A DNA stretch of 62,446 nt, filler included, from Rhabdomonas costata (GCA_019059605.1; 33 parts of 33 records of this genome joined end to end with filler, not necessarily neighbours in it); one strand, 5' to 3'. Positions 12,901 through 25,291 are shown, counted from the whole stretch's first letter. Numbers and translations are program-made. The notes: generated by a model not told the origin, from the sequence alone.

Positions 12901-15169
12901 CGAAGGAACACCAATGAGTCCAGCTCATTCCCGAACACAAGTCTCAGAACTCGCAGCGGGCGCTATTCAGGAGAAACGTTGTGCCATTTCTACGGCAAAG
13001 AACCAGGCAGAACGTAAATTTAAATTGGAAAATAGATAACTTTCCCCACTACGTTTATTCGAAAATCCATTGACCGGCGGTGGATTTAAAAAATGGACAA
13101 CGAGGACTAATATGATCCATAGGAAGAACACCACCGCCTGGTTTCCCAATAGAGGCAAAGTACCCCCAAACAANNNNNNNNNNNNNNNNNNNNNNNNNNN
13201 NNNNNNNNNNNNNNNNNTTAATTAATTAANNNNNNNNNNNNNNNNNNNNNNNNNNNNNNNNNNNNNNNNNNNNTGTGGTTTGTAAGTGTACTGGTGTTTA
13301 TCACTGCCTGTTTCTCACCGCTTCACTTTTTAAGGGCGCACGCCTTGAAAATCAAGCGCCGTAGACCATGGGGTTGTTCTGATTGACGTCTGCCTTGTCG
13401 ATCTGGTGTCCCGGTCCGGGTCACCGAGGTGTTCTTCATTCGATCCAGCCGGATCGTCAAGGTAATTTCAGAGACTAGATTACAGAGTTTTCCCGGGAAG
13501 ACCCCGGGTGAAACATATAGCCAGGCCACGGGATGGAGTCCGCATGGAAGTGGAATGCGTGCACACGACCCGACTGCAGCGATTCAGGTGTTATGTTTTT
13601 GGAGTTTTTGCAGAGGAAGTAGGATGCATATACGGCGTTTTCCATATTTTTACAGGTGAAAGCGACAAGGAGGCCGAGATTGCAGAGTATTTTCACATAC
13701 AAGGAGGATAGGCAGGTGGATAAGACGGACAGTGTGGTGTGTTACACAGCGGCAGTTTGAAATGTGAGGGTCCATTCTTTTGTCTAGGATTTCACAATTT
13801 ACGTTAGGTGTTGAAGAAATCCAAAACGTCGTCAGGTCGTTTGTTTTTCCATAATGTTTGTTTTCGTTATCTTCGCCTTTTGTTGTTAGAGGTGCCCTAA
13901 AAAAACCAAAGCAGAGCCGCAGGCCAGAGCCAAGCGGAGACCAGGGGGGGCCTGCAGAGTGTACAGAGGGTGGTAGAGTTGCAGAGAGTGTGGGTGTGGG
14001 AACGCTGCAGAGTTTACACACGACATGGTGTGTGTGAATTCGTGCGCCACTTCCACATCATTCACTTTGGGTGGGGATCGTGGAAAGGCATAAGCTGCGA
14101 AACCAGCCAAGCGGAACCCCTCCAACAACCCAGAAGGTGTGAGCCCTAAGGCCAGACATTTCGACACCACCTGTGTCCAGAGCAGCCTCCCAGAGCCACA
14201 CGTGCATCACACCCCTCCCCCATAATTTTCAGAAGCTGTGCCACCAAGGGTTTCCAGATTCCAAACCGGCTTGGTGAAGGCAAGCGGTCGGCGCCCCCCA
14301 TTTCAGAAAGGCGATGCTCGATGAAAGCAGCTCCACAGAGACCCCCATGGAAGTGAAGAATGGAAGCCACGTCTAGGTGCGAGTCAACTATGTAAGTCAA
14401 GGCAGCGCCAATCTTGTGCAAGCAAGGTAGGGATACAGTCCAACGCGGGCAGTATCCATAGTGTAAGACCACGCCAACTCTCTCGGCAACATTACTGTCA
14501 AAAGGGGCCTTTCCCACCCTAATATGGTACTCTGCAATAGAAACAAACTCAAAAGTCCATCATTGCCTGGTGTTACTGAGGTTTTTACACACCAAAACGG
14601 GTGCGAGTCCCAATTCGCACACATTTAATTCAAAAAACTCCCTTTGTACACAGCTTCTCTGCCTTTTATCCACTAAACGGTCTGACAATGTGGAACTCTG
14701 GACCAACCACATCACTAGAGTATTCTATGAACTTCATGTCAATCACCACAAGTCTCTCCGATCTAACACTAGGTATTCACAAAACCACTTCCCCATGTCT
14801 GTCTCTTCTTTAATTTTCCCTTGTTTGTATTATCAAACCTACCTCGCGCACATGTTTGCCAGTCTACCCATTTCCCATCAACTGGATGTACCTCTGTATC
14901 GTCATTCTCTCCAAATCCACTTGTGGATGATGCCGGGGACGCTGTCACTACTGCTCTGGCAGCTGCCAAGTCATTCGGCGGCACACATTGGTACCCCACT
15001 TTATAAGCACACACTATAAAAATATTCAGTGGCTTTAGCCTCACCACCACACCCACACACACCCAACACNNNNNNNNNNNNNNNNNNNNNNNNNNNNNNN
15101 NNNNNNNNNNNNNTTAATTAATTAANNNNNNNNNNNNNNNNNNNNNNNNNNNNNNNNNNNNNNNNNNNN

Positions 15170-15389
15170 TTTGCAACATAGTTATCAGAACATTGATAAT
15201 TTCTTGGTATTTGTTGAATGTTTTGACTATTAATATCTTGAGTATGATGTATAGTGTGCATTATGTTGTCATTATTAGGTAAACAAGATTTTTGTGGGAA
15301 GTTATCATAAATTTTTTCAGATACATCATTATTACCATCAAAAAGAGTATTCGTAAAAATAGAATCTGCTAAAATTGTTTTTTGTTCAT
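15170..15389 (-). CDS. Probable divergent hypothetical ORF on the virus-like contig, 3' partial
   Basis: Frame open for about 70 codons to the contig edge in very AT-rich DNA (KTILADSIFTNTLFDGNNDVSEK...); the ATG at 15389 is one base out of frame across an A6 run, possibly a homopolymer error. Confidence 0.4.
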
Positions 15390-15550
15390 TTATATTTTAT
15401 ATTTATAAAATTATAATTCACTTTTCAACACTCTAACATAACAAAATATATTTTTGAATAATATAAAAATAATAAATTGTACATGAAGATACAGTTAAAA
15501 ATTATATAACACTATAATTTTAAAAAACAAAATTCTTATTTTAGTTATAT

Positions 15551-16411
15551 ATGTCATGTACATTAAAATGCGCTCCATCAAAAAAAATGAGTTGTGGTTC
15601 ATGTATATCATTGAACGAATTAATTGAAATGGCTTATGCTTTTAACAAATATGTGGTTGTTAAAAAAATTAATGATAAGATATTACTAAGTGATAAATTA
15701 GCAATATTTAAACCAAATGCATATAAGAAATACTTATTAAATTCATTTCATAAAAGATTATATAGAGAATGTAAAAATGATCAAATTTGCTGGATAAAAC
15801 AAGAATTTGTAAAATATATGAATGAAGAAAAATATGAAGATTTACGTTATGATACATTTAAACCAGTTGGTCCTCAAGGGAAATTTGAATGGTTAAATAC
15901 AATAAATATAAATGAAGTAATGCTACAATATGAAACTGTACATAAAGAATTTGTTTTTTTAGGAGCTGTACCAATGGATTTTGCAGATTTACCACTAGGT
16001 ATAAAAGATGTTAATTTAGATCAATTGATATCAGAAGGAAAATATAAAATAGGTATAATATTTAATCTTGATGAACATTATAAATCAGGTTCACATTGGG
16101 TAGCAGGTTATGCAAATTTAAAAACAGGTGAAATATATTATTATGATTCGTATGGTTCAATACCTGATGGTAGAGTAAGAGATTTTTTAGCATATGTTTA
16201 TAGATTTTGTAAAAAAAAATTTAATAACGACGTAAAAGTTGCTTATAATAAAAGACGTCATCAATATGGTCATTCAGAATGTGGAGTATATTCAATTAGT
16301 TTTATTCTGAATTTAGTAAAAGGTAAAGCATTTCGTGAAATAGTAGGTAATGATTGTCCAGATAGATTTATAAATACATGTAGACATAAATATTTTAACA
16401 TTTATCAATAA
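15551..16411 (+). CDS. Ulp1/SUMO-protease-like clan CE cysteine protease of giant-virus (Nucleocytoviricota) type
   Basis: Intact intronless 286-aa ORF; WLNTININEVMLQYE, FLGAVPMDF, GIIFNLDEHYKSGSHW (His), YYDSYG (Asp), HQYGHSECGVYS (oxyanion Gln and Cys); very AT-rich. Confidence 0.88.
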   Translation: MSCTLKCAPSKKMSCGSCISLNELIEMAYAFNKYVVVKKINDKILLSDKLAIFKPNAYKKYLLNSFHKRLYRECKNDQICWIKQEFVKYMNEEKYEDLRYDTFKPVGPQGKFEWLNTININEVMLQYETVHKEFVFLGAVPMDFADLPLGIKDVNLDQLISEGKYKIGIIFNLDEHYKSGSHWVAGYANLKTGEIYYYDSYGSIPDGRVRDFLAYVYRFCKKKFNNDVKVAYNKRRHQYGHSECGVYSISFILNLVKGKAFREIVGNDCPDRFINTCRHKYFNIYQ

Positions 16412-16434
16412 ATTTATTTTACATATGCGTATAT

Positions 16435-16965
16435 ATGGATATGCAGACACAGATATTAAATTATAAAAATAATATTTCAAAAAATATCAAACAGTTACAT
16501 GATATCGTTTATTATATATCATCAACATCAAAAAAATCAAATTATGTTTTAAAAAAATATAACACATGTTGTAATCTATCAGACGATAATATGTCGTCAA
16601 CATCTAGTCTATTTAATCATCGTGGTTTTGTTGAATTTTGTAAAAAATATGATGATGAGCCTTTTAATAAACAAGAATTAGATGATGAGTTAGAAATATT
16701 TAGTGATATCACACCCCAAAATAAAGAAAATAACATCCATGGTTATTTTATAGATGAATCACAAAAAAAAGAGTCATGTAACAAAGATTTAAAAACTGAA
16801 ACTTTAAAAAAAAATATTTCAAGTGATATAAAAGATCTAGATATACAAAAAGAAAAAATAAATTCAGACTGTAAAAAAGACATTAATTCAGATATACAAA
16901 AAGAAAAAATAAATTCAGACTGTAAAAAAGACATTAATTCAGATATACAAAAAGAAAAAACAAAC
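16435..16965 (+). CDS. Hypothetical K/N/D-rich virus-like protein with 17-aa repeats, 3' partial
   Basis: Starts 23 nt after the protease stop, open to the contig end, same AT-rich codon usage. Confidence 0.7.
16840..16960 (+). repeat. 51-bp tandem coding repeat, about 2.4 copies (DIQKEKINSDCKKDINS)
   Basis: Identical units at 16840-16890 and 16891-16941, plus a partial third. Confidence 0.95.
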
Positions 16966-17126
16966 NNNNNNNNNNNNNNNNNNNNNNNNNNNNNNNNNNN
17001 NNNNNNNNNTTAATTAATTAANNNNNNNNNNNNNNNNNNNNNNNNNNNNNNNNNNNNNNNNNNNNTGTTGGTGGTTAATGGTTAATAAACATTGGTGCGG
17101 TAAGGACAAGTGGGCAAGCTGAGAAC

Positions 17127-18615
17127 CCTTTTCTGTATGCGTCCTCGCGGGCCATGTACACACGGTTCTCCGTGACGTCTTCTTGTCCCATGCCCTGCTC
17201 CGTAAGAACGTTTTTGCCCTCGTTGAAGAACCTGTAAGCAGCCTGGGTGGGCCCAGACGACTGCTCAATATCCTGAACCGAAAATTCACACACAAGCCTG
17301 AAGCAGGCAAGGAATTCCATACCACGTCAAAGCAGGCGACAGTCTGCAAGAGGATACCCGCTTCATTGTGGTTTGTTGGTCAAGGGAGTTATAGCGTGCC
17401 ACAACATGGTTGTCCTGCATGTAACCAGTGAAGTACTCCTCCATTTCAGAGGAGGCCTTCAGCACTTTTAGCCTCAGCGCAGCCGGATCCTAAACGCGAG
17501 AAAACAAAAAACTTGTAATATTCCTTCGCATGAGCCGTAACTTGCCCTGATTGGGAGGACGGTCCCCAAACGAGAAAGGGGAAACACAAAACAACATGAA
17601 ACAAACGATTACCGTCAATTTGGGGCCCTCCTCAAAGAGCTTCCTGATGTTCTTTCGAACAACAGCTTCAGGAACACCGTTGCGGTAGAAGTATTTCTGG
17701 TATTGTATGGACTTGATCAAGTCCCGATAAAGGCCCCTCACCTCTGAAAGTACCAGAAAGAACGAGATCACAAGCAAAAAAGCGGCTTTTAAAAAATGAA
17801 AAAGACCCTTGTCTTTTCACTTTGGCACAGGAACAGGAGTTCCTGCAGCGGAGTTCAGCAACAAACATGCACAGAAGGTACGCGAAAAGATGTGAAGGGG
17901 GATGCAAAATACAAAAACTGACTGGTTTGGGAAGAGAAATCGGAGGTTGCAAAAAGGGTCCAAGGTGAGGGCACACCAGCAGTCAGTGATGAGCAATTGT
18001 GGTTAAACAGGAAAGGGTAGGAAGAAGGAAGGGGAGAGCCGGAGAATGAGAATATGTAGTCGTCTCCGGATGAGATCCCCGCAGCCGCTGAGACCACCGG
18101 AGGGTACGGGATGGTGGCGGACCCGAAGTGCGTGCGAGGGTCCCCCCCCCCCCGTGTTCCCCCTGCGTTTTCGTTGTGTTTCTTCCGGATGTCGTTCATG
18201 GTGGTGATGGTTCTTCTTTGCGTTTTCGTTGTGTTTCTTCTTCTTCTTCACCTTCGCCTGCTTTAACGAAGCTTGCACGGTGCTGACTCTTTTCATGTGC
18301 CGCGACCATTTTGCAAAAAAAATTATTTATTGTTGAAATGATCACTGTGGAGGTGGAGGCGTGGAGGCCGTATGATGGAAGATTGAGCAGAATTGAACAG
18401 ATGATGAACAGATTAACAAAAGCAAACGCACCCGCACTCCAATCGCGTTGGTCATCGCACTGGGGATTTTCATGGAAGCGCTCTGTGTAATCCTCATCCA
18501 TAAGTCGTGAAGGCACATCCGGAAGAGGACGAACAGTCTTCCCTGCACGTACTACTTCATAACCTCCGCCAGCAAGCTGGAATGCCTTGTTCAGACGGCG
18601 AATTGAACCTCTCAT
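17127..18615 (-). CDS. LYR-motif mitochondrial protein, NDUFA6/B14-like; exons 18615-18432, 17743-17613, 17489-17358, 17272-~17127; 3' partial
   Basis: Spliced product reads DWSAEVRGLYRDLIKSI...VVRKNIRKLFEE...DPAALRLKVLKASSEMEEYF; N-terminus MRGSIRRLNKAF resembles a transit peptide; consistent GT-AG phases. Confidence 0.7.
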
Positions 18616-19339
18616 TGCTTAGCGTGACGTAATGTTGCGTGTCTTCTTGACTGCCCTGTGAAAGTGTGAGCCACTCAATCAAGAAAGAAAGTTGTTCATG
18701 TAAAATAAGTGTATTGGTAGCTTTGTTGTTTGGTATACTCGCAGGAGATGTGCTCTTCGTTTGCCGCTAACCCGTGCCGGAATTGCTGAAAAATGCGGAG
18801 CACATCTCCTGCGAGTATACCAAACAACAAAGCTACCAATACACTTATTTTACAACAACAANNNNNNNNNNNNNNNNNNNNNNNNNNNNNNNNNNNNNNN
18901 NNNNNTTAATTAATTAANNNNNNNNNNNNNNNNNNNNNNNNNNNNNNNNNNNNNNNNNNNNAAACGAAGTTAAGGTCATATTCGGAAAGAATGAATATGA
19001 TAAGTTTCACCAGTGTCTTCCTTCTTTGACTGCTTGAAAGCTTAGTTATTTAGTTAGTTCTTGTTCCTCCCTTCAAACTGTACTGTTTTCCCGCACTCAC
19101 GTTTTTCTCCCCTTTGCATTTGTGCGGTGTTGTGTGCGCCGGACTTTGAATTAATGAACTATTGGCACCCCGTTTGTGCGGGCATGCCCTTGTTGTAATG
19201 GAGCCTTCCTTTCTTACAATTACGGTCCTTGTCACCACGCACGGTTGAACACACATTAACACCAACACCATCGCATTTTCTCAATTGCGACAATTTTCGA
19301 GAAAGGCAAACGAATATTCAATATTCAAGTGCAGCATAC

Positions 19340-19993
19340 AATAAACGTTGCTGTGCCGAACGTACGCGAAGGTGAGGCCGTCATGTTCAAACACTGGCTT
19401 CACGTTATTCTCGTCCTCATCGATGACATGCTGGGAGAAATGCTCGATCGCCTGCAAAACAATGAACGCTTTTCGCAGCACACTAATACCATCAATAAAA
19501 GTTCAGCGGGAAAAACTAAAAAGAAGAAATTCTTAAACTCAAAGAAAGCCAAGAAGAAAGGCTACCGCAATAGTTTTAGAGACCAACACTGAAAAGTGGA
19601 TAATTTCCAGCACGTTAGCTGTGGGTCTGCCTGTTCCTACACCTTCGGAGCTTACGGCCCAGCGATTCATGGTGCACCTGTTCTCCTACTAGCGTTTCTC
19701 TGGCGATAGTGAGCCGATATCCAGGGGAACCCCAACGTGAAGGGCGCTGTGGCGCGGCAGCTCAGCAGCAGTAAGGGTCCCTGCGTTTCTCTGCCAGACT
19801 TCGCCTCGCACAAGAGGAGCCTCCTTCGGAAGCCTTGGCTTTAAATGATTAATAAATACATCCTTCATTATAATAGTTTGGTGCAAAGAGGCTGGAAAAC
19901 GACAATACAAACCCCGGTGGTAATATCTCCTCGGTAGTTTCTTTGAATGAGAGGTTTCCCTTTAATGTCGAGAATAAAAATTGCCGAAGCCAT
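19340..19993 (-). CDS. Adaptor complex medium subunit, probably AP-1 mu; first two exons (19993-19913, 19451-19340)
   Basis: MASAIFILDIKGKPLIQRNYRGDI spliced to AIEHFSQHVIDEDENNVKPVFEHDGLTFAYVRHSNVY, the longin domain of mu adaptins. Confidence 0.92.
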
Positions 19994-20304
19994 TCCACAT
20001 TTCAACGATGAAACCAAAAACCTTTTGAGTGTGAAAAGACTTTAAATGGCTCAAGCAGGTCGCGCATTCCTTTTGTTCTGTATTCTGTACTTTGTACAGT
20101 ATCACGATCAAGAGTTGTCTGGGTTATGGGTTAACCGCGGCCGTGTAAAAGGGAGTTGCAGTGATTGCGCGGCTATGAGTTTGGCTCTGCCGCTGTTGGT
20201 CGTAGAACTGCCCAGAGTTTCTGTGTGTGTTTTGTTTGTGGCAGCTTTATTGGGTTGTTTGTGTCCGAAAGTCTGACCATGGACTCTTTTGTCTCCCCCC
20301 CCCC

Positions 20305-20416
20305 CGCTATTCACTTTTACGTAGCGGCGCTATTCACGCCGCGTTCGCTATTCATGAATAGTGAACGCCACTCACGTGAGCAGCGTTTGCTATTCGTGAA
20401 TAGCGTTCGCTACTCA
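20305..20416. repeat. Cluster of direct and inverted CGCTATTCA motifs forming palindromes
   Basis: CGCTATTCA or variants at 20305, 20328, 20346, 20388 and 20408; inverted TGAATAG at 20355 and 20397. Confidence 0.85.
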
Positions 20417-21757
20417 ACCATGCCCATAAAAATGTTTTCCACCTTTCTCCTTTACCATCTTACAGAAGCCTTTCGTAGCCGAAACGTCGCTGTATTGAGA
20501 GCAACTTGACACAAGTTCTTGAGAAATTTACCCAGCACTTGGCGAAAAGCGCCTCCCTGCGATAGCACAACCCCTGGGACAGATTATTTTCGCGCGAAGG
20601 CGCCTGAGCAAATCACCTGAGCGCCATGCACGTACCCCTGGAATTGCAGAAGGCCAGCACGGGGTTAAGAGTCGATGCACGTAAAACGCTTCCGTGCGAT
20701 CGCGGAACCCCGTTAGATTCCGTTAGGTCCGTTTCCAAGTTTTTGAGCAGCGAANNNNNNNNNNNNNNNNNNNNNNNNNNNNNNNNNNNNNNNNNNNNTT
20801 AATTAATTAANNNNNNNNNNNNNNNNNNNNNNNNNNNNNNNNNNNNNNNNNNNNGGTGGTGGTGGAAGGTGAGGCTGTTCAAAGCCAATAGGACGAGAGT
20901 TCGATTCCGACAAGGAGAGCAATGCACAGCAGAGAGGTGACAATCTTGACAATCTTGTGATGCATGTATAGTCCATTCCTTTCCCAGAAGCTGCTGTCGT
21001 TCTTTCGTTGGGGAGCCCCCGTGGAGCCGTGGAACGAGGCGACCACCACCCACGCGTAACTTTTCGGTAGCGGCTACCATCCTCATTTAGGGACATTTTT
21101 GGACCGTGCGTTTTTTGGAATGTGATTGGCCCCCCCCATTTTCCCCTTTCCCTTTTTATGTTGCTTTTTTTTGTTTTCTTTCTTTTAGCTGTGTGATTCC
21201 CCGCGCAAACACAGACAGCAGGGTGTCTACTGTCCTGCCAACATTGTGTGGCAGCATTTCTCACTGAAGTGCGTTGTCGACTTGGCCTTGGAATCGGGAT
21301 TCGGGCGTTCTCCCCTCATCCACACCTGCATGCGCTTCCTTGTTCTTGCCTTCTGTCCATCCCTCTGGATGCATTGTGTGCTGACCCCTCTGAGGTCCTG
21401 TGGAAAAGGATTCTCAGAAGCGTCGACCTTCTGCGACGTCTGGGACGGAGCGGTGCCACTGCGGGCTCCTTTTGCCGCGTGGAGATCGTCCTCGACGGAC
21501 TTCACGGCGCCTGTGCTTTTTGTCTTTCCTTCCTTCTTCTTCCTTTGTGCATTCGCTTCCAAGCACTCGACACAGGTCAGTGCACCCCACACTTCTGGGC
21601 ATGCACGAAAGACGCTGTCGACCACTAAACTGCTCCCCACACGAGACACAAGACTCACCCGAAGCGAAGACCATACCAAACCATTCCAAACGTCCCTGTT
21701 CACTCCCCATTCTTCTGGAACGTGCACGTTTTCAAAGCGACCTCACAATCTGTCTTC

Positions 21758-21760
<3 letters not shown>

Positions 21761-21797
<37 letters not shown>

Positions 21798-21799
21798 AC
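21761..21799. repeat. (CA)n microsatellite
   Basis: Direct reading of the sequence. Confidence 0.97.
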
Positions 21800-23559
21800 T
21801 TTGTACTGGCAATATGGGGTCGGGTGGGGTGGAGTAGGGTGCAAAGAGCTTAGCAAAGCCTTTTTGCAGTTGACGGGTTGTGTGTAAATAGCGAGGCATG
21901 GGCGGGACCCCGTGTAGTTGTTTTGTTAACACTGATTCGCCCTAGCTGGAGGTGGTGTGGTGTGCGCGGTGAGTGTGTCGCTGCGGAAGACTTGTGGCGA
22001 CGCTGTGGTGTTTGGGGCGAAGATATATTTCTGTTTTTTTTGCCATCCCCATCCCCATCCAGGAACCGACCCCAGGAAGTATGACTCTTGCGGACCCGGT
22101 TTCTGTTAAATCGGTCAACCCTCGTCCCATTCTGTGATGCTGTTGCGAATCTTGCAAAAGTGGGGTACAGGACGCCTGCTAACGGGCAGCCACGGAGTGC
22201 CCTTGCCGTTCAGTTTAACAACGCTGCGGATTTCGATGGCATTAGACTGGGGCCAGAAAAGGTTCGAGGTCTGATCCATTACCTGCAAATCGCTCAACGG
22301 AAAAAAAGCAGTCGCTCAGCAGTTTGTGTATTTTTGCGGACGTGGTTTCTGCGAATCCGTGTCCCATGGAGTGACGATGTAATCTTGAAAGTCGGTAGAG
22401 GATGAGGTATACACATGTGTCAACGGGGAGCCACGCAGTGCAGCTCTTCAGCATTTCACGACGCTGCGGATTTCAGTAGCTTTACGACTGGGGCCATGCA
22501 GAGTTGGAGGTATGTTCCATTCACTGGAAATCGCACTTCGGATGAATCGCTCAGCAAATTGTGGAGCTCAACTAAGCTGCGGTGGCGCAGGGCTTGCTTT
22601 TCATCTGGTTTCATCCTGGTCCGCGAAATACATTGTGCACGTTCCAACCACCCNNNNNNNNNNNNNNNNNNNNNNNNNNNNNNNNNNNNNNNNNNNNTTA
22701 ATTAATTAANNNNNNNNNNNNNNNNNNNNNNNNNNNNNNNNNNNNNNNNNNNNGGGGTGGGTGAGCCAAGTGAACATCGCAGGCAGCTGCCCTGTTTTCG
22801 CTCGGCGTCCACGACATCGTGGAAGAAATTCAACCGATGTTTTACATGGACGATCACTTGATTGGGTCGGAAAGCAAATTTCTTAGGGCCTTGATGATCT
22901 GGTTCCACGCGCGGTTGGGGTGTCTTTGAACCCGCAAAAGTGTGTCGTTTGGGGGTTCCGAGGAGGATCTTTCCTCCCTTCTCGTGCAGACACGTTTGCT
23001 GAGGGACTGTGCACCCTGGGCATTTTTTGGGGCCTTCAGAGGCCTTCGGAGAGCACGCGGCAAAGCTCACTGAGAAGCTCCTTACAGCAGTTACGGTTGT
23101 GTAGAAAAAAGCTCACTGAGAAGCTAATTATTACACCGAGCGTTTGTTGACTCTGGATTACAAGCAGCCCTCCAGTTTCTACGCAGTTGACTTCTGCAGC
23201 TTAGCCAATACTTTCCGGGAGTACTCCTGCAGGTGATGGCAATTCATCAAATTAAAAGGAGAGCTGCTGAAGGTCCATTTTAAACAGAATGAAAAAAGTA
23301 GCATGGGCGGTGTGGAACATCGAGAATAGAGAGATAGGATGAGGGAGTAACACCAAAGGAACAGAGCTCTCATCGGCAAACAGAAGGAAGAGATTGCAAG
23401 ATCGAGGGGGGGGGGGAACAAAAAACGCACAGCAGAACGAAATTGGGCGAAGGAGGTCACTTCTAGAAAATTCATTATGCATGCACGTAACCTTCATCCA
23501 AATGAGTATCCAAGAGCTGTTCCAACGTCGACCGCACAAAAGCCGTCACCTCATCCAAA

Positions 23560-24391
23560 ACGGGCTGCATCATTGCCGAAGGAATCGTCCTGTCTGGAGC
23601 GACTAAGGCTGCTGGGATGCTCATTTTCAGCCTTCCACATCCTCCGCAGCTGTTGTCGGCGTGCAAGGTGGTCTTTCTACTGAGGACGCTGCCTTTTAAC
23701 TTGGCACTGGAGTTGGCCACAGAGGCTCAGCGGAGAACGCGCTCCGCGCCTTTAGTGGCATAATGCCCCACTAAACGAGACACAGTGGTCGCTTGCTCGG
23801 CTTCCCGTTCGGGGGTGGGTTGGGGATCTTGGACCCTGTTAACGCCGCCGCCCCGGCTCATGTGGCAGCGTTCCTCTCCAGCTCGGCAGCGGCCTCCTCC
23901 CTCCTCCAGTCACCTCCCCGCCTGCATGAATGACTGGGAGAGGGGGGGACCCCGTTTGTGCCCGTGTGTGAAGTCATGCGGAAAAATGCCCAACTGAGTT
24001 CCAACTCAAACTCAGAAATTAAGGATAGGAGAGAGGGTGTGTTTTTGAAAAGCTGCTCTTCCTGCCGCACTACAACGTTGACCCGACCGCCGTCGACATC
24101 TCCATCACGCACCAGCTGGCGCCTGGTCTCGGACACCCACGCCGCGAAGTCCGCGCTGCGCAAAAGGCCCGGAACAAGAAAAACAAGTACGCCCCCTTGG
24201 TCTCCCTGCACAAGCTGACCTTCATCCCCTTCCTGATGTCCACCTTTGTGGCGGTGGAGGAGGAAGACGCCGCGGCCTTTGTGGACAAGCTCACCGGGTT
24301 CTACTCGGCCAAGCAGCGGGTGCCAGTCGGGGAGTGCCAGGAGCACCTTACCCAGCTGCTCCAGATCGCGGTCTTGACGGACGTGGCCTGA
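23560..24391 (+). mobile_element. Degenerate CRE/SLACS-like non-LTR retrotransposon (post-RT region and restriction-like endonuclease)
   Basis: AFHILRSC/SACKVVFLLRTLP near 23630-23695 (frameshifted); 24053-24391 reads LLFLPHYNVDPTAVDISITH...AAQKARNKKNKY...LTFIPFLMSTF...EHLTQLLQIAVL*, resembling the RLE C-terminus. Confidence 0.7.
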
Positions 24392-25291
24392 CGTCTTCTG
24401 GTAGCGGCAGGAGGCCTTGAAGGCGAAACGCGTGGGGCGGGTGTGGGGACCCTGTTCTCCGAGGGCGGTTTTTCTAGGCGGTGAACCGACTACTGTGCGT
24501 ATCCATGTGTGTGTGTGGATGGGCACGGCGCACACTCTCACCCAAAACANNNNNNNNNNNNNNNNNNNNNNNNNNNNNNNNNNNNNNNNNNNNTTAATTA
24601 ATTAANNNNNNNNNNNNNNNNNNNNNNNNNNNNNNNNNNNNNNNNNNNNGGGGTGTTGGGCTTGCCCCCGCCGATGTACCACAGGCTGACCCGCCTCCGA
24701 GCTGTAACACAGCCAGACGCACAAAACAAGTTCAGAAGGCAAAGCAATGATACCTGCTACAGGTAAATGGACATGTTTGCGGGTAACCATATTTAAACCT
24801 GAACCGCAGTGTGGTCATGGTTTAGAATTATTGGTCCTTTCACCGTGAGTGCACCGTGAGCGTCCCATGCTCAACATCAAAACCCAACACTCGTTTTGAA
24901 AATGGACATGCAGTCAGAGGGGTTCTTCATAAGACAGGGCTGCTTTCAGCAAAGCTCGGTCGAGTGGTAATAAAAGCATTCGTTCCGCCCAGTTAGGTTT
25001 TCAGCCATGCGTCGAGCACTCGAAGCACGGCTGAAAACTGGAAAGTGGGGTCACACGGGGCTTCCTTATGCTGAAAAAGCGCTTCCAGAGTTGATGATAC
25101 AGGTGGTTTAGCCCACCAGGCGAAAACCATGCGGGATAGTGGACATGTAGCAGCGTGGATGCCAACTAATGAGTGCAAATTACAACGCCCGACTTTAGGT
25201 CCTGTGTTTAAACTTGCTAATAAAGATGCTCCGTGACGCCACTCCAGCTTCCCCACCTAAACCTACCAAGCCCAAGCTCCGCCCCCAAACT

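Noticed and set aside
11378-13172. Possible multi-exon gene with short introns and lower GC
   Set aside because: I could not build a phase-consistent model or recognise a domain.
14000-15060. Possible decayed non-LTR reverse transcriptase on the minus strand (TPGNDG, EGFR)
   Set aside because: Motifs are too short and scattered to support a call.
16407-16418. AATAAATTTATT palindrome at the protease stop, as a mimivirus-type 3' hairpin
   Set aside because: Only 12 nt in very AT-rich DNA; expected by chance.
18699-18854. Perfect 57-bp inverted repeat upstream of the LYR gene
   Set aside because: No mismatches and it runs to the contig end; most likely an amplification fold-back.
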